A stretch of 6,871 nt of DNA from Octopus sinensis. Its lineage: Eukaryota. The DNA is taken from assembly GCF_006345805.1 (NCBI RefSeq), contig NW_021829112.1, forward strand, positions 1 to 6,871, read 5' to 3'. This document shows positions 1 to 6,871 of this stretch, piece after piece; position 1 is the first letter of the stretch; each line of letters starts with the position of its first letter. The notes beneath the pieces were generated by a model. It saw only the letters and a list, made by a program, of their open reading frames with translations. It was not told the DNA's origin and did not search any database. The translations under genes and the position numbers were made by a program.

Positions 1-81
1 CGTAAGTAACTCAAATGTTCGTATGTAAGGATACACATATAAGTGTATCAAAAGAGCATGCATGCACATAGACATGTACAC

Positions 82-108
82 TATATATGCATATATTATA
101 TATATATA

Positions 109-167
<59 letters not shown>
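82..167. repeat. (AT)n microsatellite, lightly interrupted
   Basis: Near-continuous TA dinucleotide run ending directly at the GGCGCAGG start of the SINE at 168. Confidence 0.97.
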
Positions 168-169
<2 letters not shown>

Positions 170-177
170 CGCAGGAG

Positions 178-229
178 TGGCTGTGTGGTAAGTAGCTTGC
201 TTACCAACCACATGGTTCTGGTTCACTCC
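178..229 (+). promoter_or_regulatory. Internal RNA polymerase III type-2 promoter (A and B boxes) of SINE A, probably degenerate
   Basis: A box TGGCTGTGTGG at 178-188 (consensus TGGCNNAGTGG) and B box GGTTCACTCC at 220-229 (consensus GGTTCGANNCC), with tRNA-like spacing. Confidence 0.6.
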
Positions 230-314
230 TTGGGCAAGTGTCTTCTGCTATAGCCTCGAGCTGACCAAAGCCTTGTGAGTGGATCTGGTAGTCGGAAACT
301 GAAAGAAGCCCGTC

Positions 315-360
315 GTATATATGTGTAAATATATATATATGTGTGTGTGTGTATGTGTTT
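315..360. repeat. (AT)n/(GT)n tract inside SINE A
   Basis: TATATATGTGTAAATATATATATATGTGTGTGTGTGTATGTG lies between the two complex halves of the element. Confidence 0.85.
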
Positions 361-550
361 GGATGTCTTTGTTTGTCCCCCAACATCGCTTGACAACTGA
401 TGCTGGTGTGTTTACGTCTGCGTAACTTAGCAGTTCGGCAAAAGAGACCGATGAAATAAGAACTAAGCTTAAAGAATAAGCTCTGGGGTCGATTTGCTCG
501 ACTAAAGGCGGTGCTCCAGCATGACTGAAATAAGTAAAAGAGTAAAACAG

Positions 551-1145
551 TATATGTGTGTGTGTGAGTGTGTATGCATAAATGTATATATACCCATATT
601 GTACATGCATACATTTACCACTCTATATGTATACAAATATATATATATACACAAACACATATATATATATATATACATATATGCATATACTTACATATCT
701 AGATTATATATATATTCATGCCTACACACACACACATTCACACACGCACATACACGCACACACATACATACATACGTTTGTGTGTATACACACATATGTA
801 TATATTATATACATACATGCATACATAGGCATTCATACACATATATGCATACACATACATATATATACAAACACATCTACATACATTATATACATATCTA
901 TATATATTATCTATAGATATTAAATACTTCTATATCATATACATCTATATATATTTATCAATATATATATACATACATGCACACATACATATGCCTTTAG
1001 ACATAGACATACACATACATGCATACATACATATGCCTTCACACATAGACATACACAGATACGCACATACATACACACGCACACACATACATACATACAC
1101 ACACACATGCATTTATGTATGGTTAGACCTATACGCATGCGCATT
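551..1145. repeat. Compound, degenerate microsatellite field (TG, AT, CA, ATAC)
   Basis: Sequence consists almost entirely of alternating purine-pyrimidine di- and tetranucleotide motifs. Confidence 0.93.
971..1054. repeat. 42-bp tandem duplication within the microsatellite field
   Basis: 971-1012 ACATACATGCACACATACATATGCCTTTAGACATAGACATAC versus 1013-1054 ACATACATGCATACATACATATGCCTTCACACATAGACATAC: 39/42 identical, and the non-repetitive anchor ATGCCTT occurs at 991 and 1033. Confidence 0.9.
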
Positions 1146-1386
1146 TTTATATTCATAGAAACTAAAAGACGATAATTGAAATCCGAGACGGCAAGATGTT
1201 TGACTCATACCGATTCCCTTTCTCCATCTGGCATCTCACCCCTTTTTTTCTCTTTCACCCCCACCTCAACTATTTACCGACAAAGCTTGCCCTACGGTGA
1301 TCCCCGTCAATCCCCGCCACTGAAGACATCCAAAAGTCCAGCAGGAAGTCAAAAACTAATTTTGAGACGAAAATAATAGACCGCAG

Positions 1387-1857
1387 TATATATATACAAT
1401 CGTACATACACACATATATACATACATGCATACATGCATACATGCATACGTACATGAATACATACTTGCTTGTATGTATATATATATTTATATGTATGTA
1501 TACGGATCTGTATACACACATACTTATACACACTCACACACACACATATATATATATATATACATATACACTGATGCATACATACACACACATACACGTA
1601 TATACATACATATATGTGTTGTGCGTGACTATAATACATATATGCATGTAAACATCTCTCTTTCTCTCTCTCTCTCTATATATATATGTGTATTGTATAT
1701 ATATATGTATATTTGTATGTATGTGTGTCTATGTGTATGTACATATATATACATACATACATATATATATATATATATTATATATCCTCCTACACGAATA
1801 TACATATATCTGCGTATGTATGCATAAGTATGCATGCAGATATGTATATACATGTGT

Positions 1858-1891
<34 letters not shown>

Positions 1892-1907
1892 ATATATATA
1901 AATATGT

Positions 1908-1939
<32 letters not shown>

Positions 1940-1940
1940 A

Positions 1941-1989
<49 letters not shown>

Positions 1990-2042
1990 AACATATTTAT
2001 ATATATATATATATATATATAATATACATATATATATATATG
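1387..2042. repeat. Compound microsatellite field (ATAC, CA, CT, ATGT) ending in a long interrupted (AT)n at about 1852-2042
   Basis: Read directly from the sequence; it gives rise to the IY/YI/HT-rich spurious ORFs. Confidence 0.95.
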
Positions 2043-2108
2043 ATCATTCAATCTATCTCTGGCTATCGATCGGTCTATGTGTATGTACATACGCATTCTT
2101 CGTGCACA

Positions 2109-2118
2109 TGTGTGTGTT

Positions 2119-2182
<64 letters not shown>

Positions 2183-2226
2183 GTGTGTGTGTGTGTGTTG
2201 TGTGTTTGTGTGTGTGTGTGCGTGTG
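2109..2226. repeat. (TG)n microsatellite with occasional T substitutions or insertions
   Basis: About 115 bp of TG repeat with TTTG and TTG interruptions. Confidence 0.97.
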
Positions 2227-2572
2227 CTCCGACACACTCACAAACACTCTGGAGGTGAATCTTGGAAACAAGCACACCTACTGCATTGATATAATTTTAA
2301 AACCAGTCTATTAAACAGTAAACCCCGAAATATCTGACTTCTTTCCTTCCTCGTTCCCTCCTTAAAGGGGCGGAACTGAATACCACAGGGCTGTTTTGTT
2401 TGTTGCTATACAGATTCTTCCACCCTAATTATAATGATTACTATTAATATTTCTGCTGCAGTCACAATGGTTTGGATGAACACACGTGGTAAATGCTGAG
2501 TGTGGAGGAAATGTAATATAGTAAAACAGGTTTAATGTATAGTCCACAAATAATAGACGACCACCTACAAAA

Positions 2573-2946
2573 GGAATGAGACGTTGCGGTACAGCCGTTT
2601 TGGCGCCGCCTATTTGGTGACGCTGATTCGACGCTGACTTATTTGACATCAGACGTTTCGATGTTTCTCTTTGCTCTCTGCTTCCCTCTTTATCTATGTG
2701 CGAGCATACTACTCTTTATGTGCATGAGGAGAAGATAAATATCTATATCAATTGTGTTCAGTTAATGAATTACAATGTTTTTGTCTGTCTGTCTCACACT
2801 CTTCTTATTTGTATATATTTTTGTGTGTGCATACATGTGTGTTTGTCTCCAGCACCCAACGGTCCTGTTGCCAAAACAGGTTAAATGTCCAGTCAGCTGC
2901 ACCAAATTATCAACGTTCAAACAATCGAGTCCAATCCTCTCATTGC
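2573..2946. mobile_element. Decayed non-autonomous DNA transposon (MITE-like) with about 91-94 bp terminal inverted repeats
   Basis: 2573-2663 aligns to the reverse complement of 2853-2946 at about 56/94 columns by hand. The outer 64 bp (2573-2636 versus 2883-2946) align without gaps at 37/64. Anchors AATGAGA/TCTCATT (2575/2938), ATTTGGTG/CACCAAAT (2612/2900) and GCTGA/TCAGC (2622/2893) all fall on one diagonal. The interior is AT-rich and non-coding. Confidence 0.55.
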
Positions 2947-3216
2947 AGTCCACAAAGGACTGAGATGAGACCACCGCGGTTAGATTAAGATACCTTATGG
3001 GTCTTGTCACCTTTCATTCCGATTGCAACTCAACACCGTCGAGTTTACTAGCCAATATTTTCCCTATCGGTCGAACCGTGAAATCGTCCACACCCGGTTA
3101 GTGTTCCCTCACTGTTGAAATACTAATTTTATGGGTTTCAACAAAAACCTCTCCTTTAGAGTTTCTCGGTATTCATACTTTAATTTCCTCAAGCAGCGCA
3201 TTAATTTCTTGTGAAT

Positions 3217-3337
3217 GTTCTGAGTTCAAATCCCGCTTTCGGCGTGGATAAAATATGTACAAGTTGAGCAGTGGGGTCGCTGTAATCGTCTATCCCCTTC
3301 CTCCAAAATTTCAGGCCTAGTGCCTATAGTAGAAAGG

Positions 3338-3338
<1 letters not shown>
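3217..3338 (+). mobile_element. tRNA-derived SINE family B, copy 1 (5'-truncated, 24-nt internal deletion)
   Basis: GTTCTGAGTTCAAATCCCGC (3217-3236) matches 3583-3602 at 19/20. 3237-3330 aligns to 3627-3720 at about 66/94. The segment 3603-3626 of copy 2 is missing here. It ends in ...CCTATAGTAGAAAGG followed by an (ATC)n tail. Confidence 0.85.
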
Positions 3339-3513
<175 letters not shown>

Positions 3514-3514
3514 A

Positions 3515-3718
3515 AAGCGTTGAGTTGGCAGGATCGTTAGCAAGCCGGAAGAAATGCTTAGCGGTATTTCGCCCGTCGCTACGTTCTGAGTTCAAATTCC
3601 GCCGAGGTTGACTTAACCTTTCATCCTTTCGGGGTCGATTAAATAAGTACCAGTTAAATACCTGGAGTCGATGTGGTTGACTTTTCCTCTATTCGCAAAT
3701 TTCAGGCCTTGCGCATAT

Positions 3719-3720
<2 letters not shown>
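3515..3720 (+). mobile_element. tRNA-derived SINE family B, copy 2 (near full length), with Deu/Nin-like central domain
   Basis: Seen: A-box-like TGGCAGGATCG (3526-3536), B-box-like AGTTCAAATTCC (3589-3600), internal homology to 3217-3338, and an (ATT)n tail. Recalled: CCTTTCATCCTTTCGGGGTCGATTAAATAAGTACCAG (3617-3653) resembles the conserved Deu/Nin domain of AmnSINE/Nin-SINE-type families. Confidence 0.87.
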
Positions 3721-3855
<135 letters not shown>

Positions 3856-3974
3856 TATGCTTGGCTTTTGCTTTGTATTTGTACAAGTTGGCTCCAAATC
3901 TCACCCAAAGATCTCAAGAGACAACAAGTTAGAAGTTCATGTTGGAGTTATGCCTAGGGTGTCATATATTTGGT
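3856..3974 (-). mobile_element. 3' terminal (UTR) fragment of a non-LTR retrotransposon, probably R4/Dong clade, 5'-truncated
   Basis: The minus strand reads ACCAAATATATGACACCCTAGGCATAACTCCAACATGAACTTCTAACTTGTTGTCTCTTGAGATCTTTGGGTGAGATTTGGAGCCAACTTGTACAAATACAAAGCAAAAGCCAAGCATA and runs directly into (AAT)n. I recall this as the 3' end of an Octopus non-LTR repeat. A 3' end abutting TAA repeats is the known insertion behaviour of Dong/R4-clade elements. No ORF is present to confirm the clade. Confidence 0.62.
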
Positions 3975-4214
3975 CATATATATAATCAAGACACTTTTTC
4001 TATATGAGCTACTAGAGAGGAAACAGTGCCACTAAGCTCAAATAAGTTCTATATTTGTGTTCTTTTCACATATAAGATTCATCGCATTCAAAGTATCAGT
4101 GAACGACACTCGGTTAACATGCAGTGTACCGCCGTAAAAGAAGTCAAATTGTCCTAAAATATGAAAGTAAATTGCGATAGACGCCCGAAATCATGACTCT
4201 CTTATCCATATACG

Positions 4215-4405
<191 letters not shown>

Positions 4406-5084
4406 CTGTGGTGCATGGTTATTGTTGCGCTGTCGATCTGAGTCTACGGCTTAAGCGTTAACTATAAGCATACAAACTTTAGGTTATTTCTATGCATGAT
4501 AAAACTTCAACCTGACTTAATCTTCGTATCTGGCTCGGAAAACAAATTACATTTAGTCTATATCATGATACTGCAAAACTAGAAGTATAATAAAGAGAGT
4601 TTACCCTCTCCGGTGGAAACCCAGCGCCCTTCTCCCCACTAACACATCCAGCACATACGCTCTCAACAACAACCACATCGAATCGAACAGTTTGCCAGGG
4701 ACTGCGAAGGTCATGAGCACTTCTCTCCTTTTTGTGACTAATTCAGATACACTCCTTCCTATAAAGCAGCAACGAAAACAGTAAAAACAAATAACCATCA
4801 ACTATCATTGATCCGCCCAGCTGTAGCTAACTGTATAGTACTTACCCCAGCATCTCAAAAGATGAACCTCTGACTCACTAATAGTAAAATTTCACGTGAC
4901 CATTCATTCCTTCGTCTCATCGTTTTAGACAAACAGATATAAAAGAGGACCATAATGAGATGGAGACAATTGGCAGACGTGAAGAGTGCAAACTTAATGT
5001 TCGGCCGTTGTATAATATACGTTATACACACACGTCTATTAAACAAACACATTCTCTCTTTCGCCTTTATTTCCTTATCATTAG

Positions 5085-5555
5085 CTACACACGTGCGCGC
5101 ACACGCTCTCTCTTTCTTTCTCTCTCCCTCTCTCTCTCTGACACACACACGCATAGATCTATTCGCGTATACTTGCGGACGCATACTGTCACATACACAA
5201 ATACACACAGGAACATACAAACGCAAACATACACATTATCACATTGTCTCTCCCATACAGACTCATATACACGACACATGCAGCCCCACCACACATTCTC
5301 TCACTCTCTCTTCCCACCTCTCTCTTATTAGCCTACACACATGTACCTGCAAAACATATATACACATACATACAGAGGAATATGGAAAGACGCAACCCCC
5401 GCCTTAAGATACACAAACATTGAAACTCATTCACATACATACAGAGACATGGTTCACTTACTATCAGATATACATATACACACACAATCTCTCCTTTTCT
5501 TCAAAATACGCATGTACTCACACATACATATGCATATACATAGACACATGTATAC
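5085..5555. repeat. Old, degenerate (CA)/(CT)/(ATAC) low-complexity region
   Basis: CA- and CT-rich with frequent interruptions; source of the HT/SL-rich spurious ORFs. Confidence 0.75.
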
Positions 5556-5783
5556 TAACATACAGGTTGCGAACAATGAATGAAACAACTTGTTTAAATT
5601 CAGCCCTTTTCCTTTTTCAATCACCGTCTTATTTTTGTATTTTTTTTCTGTCTTATAAACGTCGGAAGATATTGAATGTCTAACGTATGTTTCATCTGCC
5701 ATTTTCTTTCAATGTTTCCCGCCTCACACTTAACATCCGACGCCATTTTGATTATATTTTATTTGCTCTTCTTTTTAATGTTT

Positions 5784-6102
5784 ACATACGTATACATACA
5801 TACATACATACATACATACATACATACATACATACATACATACATACATACATACATGCATGCTTGCATGCATACATACATACATACATACATACATACT
5901 ACATACACATAATACATATATATATGTATATATATTCACACATATATAAACGTATATGCATATATATAAAAATTTATTTATATATAAATGTATATGTTTA
6001 TAAATATATACACGGATACACGCAAACACATTATATATATGAATGTATATTTGTGTATACATACATCCATATACACATATATACATTCACACACATACAC
6101 AA

Positions 6103-6135
<33 letters not shown>

Positions 6136-6180
6136 CATATATATAAATATATACATATATATACACACACGCATACAGAC
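5784..6180. repeat. Compound microsatellite: perfect (TACA)16 at 5793-5856, followed by AT and CA tracts
   Basis: Read directly from the sequence. Confidence 0.95.
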
Positions 6181-6336
6181 ACATTCTCGTTTCCTATTCA
6201 TTTCTATTTAGCTTTATTACATTATATACATATTTATTTATTTAGCATTATTTATTTTCTGAGACTCTGCTGTTGCCATTACTATTCTAAGGTCCTATCA
6301 TTCTCGTTTAATTTTGGAGTCTTTTGTACAGTTACT

Positions 6337-6560
<224 letters not shown>

Positions 6561-6836
6561 TATCACTACCATACCGTATGCATTATATATATATATGTAT
6601 ATATGTGTGTTTTCATGTGAACTACATCTCTATTGAATTATCTCCCACGGGTGGCAGACGACATCGGCAGTGGATAATGGCTGGTTGGTTTGGTGCTGGT
6701 TGTTAAAGATTGCAATATTAAAGATGGTAGCTGTAGTTGTGATGGGTTCTAACACCATTCTTCGCTGGCCATAAAAATAAACCGGCAACTTATTTAAAAT
6801 GACAATAAAACGCTTCTCTCTTAACTCGTTTAAACG

Positions 6837-6871
6837 TGTGCAAATATGTGCAAATTTGTGCAAATTTGTGC
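6837..6871. repeat. 10-bp tandem repeat TGTGCAAATW, at least 3.5 copies, cut off by the window end
   Basis: TGTGCAAATA TGTGCAAATT TGTGCAAATT TGTGC. Confidence 0.85.

Larger units (their letters stand above)
168..550 (+). mobile_element. tRNA-derived composite SINE (family A, octopus-type): tRNA-like head, CORE-like segment, internal microsatellite, 3' module
   Basis: Seen: head GGCGCAGGAGTGGCTGTGTGGTAAG with A-box-like TGGCTGTGTGGTAA (178-191) and B-box-like GGTTCACTCC (220-229); CCTTGGGCAAGT (228-239), similar to the start of the CORE-SINE/MIR core; a second complex block at about 370-530; a short A-rich tail AAGTAAAAGAGTAAAA (532-547). Recalled, not searched: both blocks match one high-copy Octopus repeat in which an (AT)/(GT) tract separates the two halves. 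Confidence 0.82.

Noticed and set aside
30-49. Perfect 7-bp hairpin GATACAC-ATATAA-GTGTATC
   Set aside because: Short stems are expected by chance in CA/TG/AT-rich sequence, and there is no supporting context.
2990-3215. Unique-looking segment with short protein-like frames (e.g. minus-strand PGVDDFTVRPIGKILASKLDGVELQSE)
   Set aside because: The frames are short and closed by stops; the candidate splice-bounded segment I tried has stops in all three frames; no recognisable family.
3515-3602. Possible tRNA gene (also 168-230)
   Set aside because: A and B boxes are present, but no complete cloverleaf can be drawn and the sequence continues into a SINE body and simple-repeat tail.
4590-4801. 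ORF 4601-4801 (minus) and an overlapping short plus-strand frame
   Set aside because: No recognisable motif and no convincing splice signals; length is within chance expectation.
5661-5741. Imperfect stem GGAAGATATTGAA/TTCAATGTTTCC and GTCGGA/TCCGAC as a possible pre-miRNA
   Set aside because: Pairing is short and discontinuous with a large loop, unlike a pre-miRNA hairpin.
6776-6810. Two AATAAA hexamers as polyadenylation signals
   Set aside because: The hexamer is common in AT-rich DNA and there is no upstream gene evidence in the window.

Overview
This is non-coding, AT-rich animal genomic DNA (intronic or intergenic), of which roughly 45% is simple-sequence repeat: (AT)n, (CA/TG)n, (ATAC)n, (ATC)n, (ATT)n and (ACT)n. 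I cannot support any protein-coding gene. Nearly all ORFs in the supplied track are translations of microsatellites (poly-IY, HT, CV, I, L, Y, M). The interpretable content is transposable elements: (1) a tRNA-headed composite SINE at 168-550; (2) two copies of a second tRNA-derived SINE family carrying a Deu/Nin-like domain, at 3217-3338 and 3515-3720; (3) a minus-strand 3' end of a probable R4/Dong-type non-LTR element at 3856-3974, sitting in a TAA repeat; (4) a heavily decayed inverted-repeat element (MITE-like) at 2573-2946. The SINE sequences and the repeat density resemble what I recall from Octopus genomes; this is from memory, not from a search. I see no evidence for a new gene system. 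The best leads are the decayed inverted-repeat element, the SINE-SINE-LINE stack chained through shared trinucleotide tracts, and a sequence module shared between the two SINE families.
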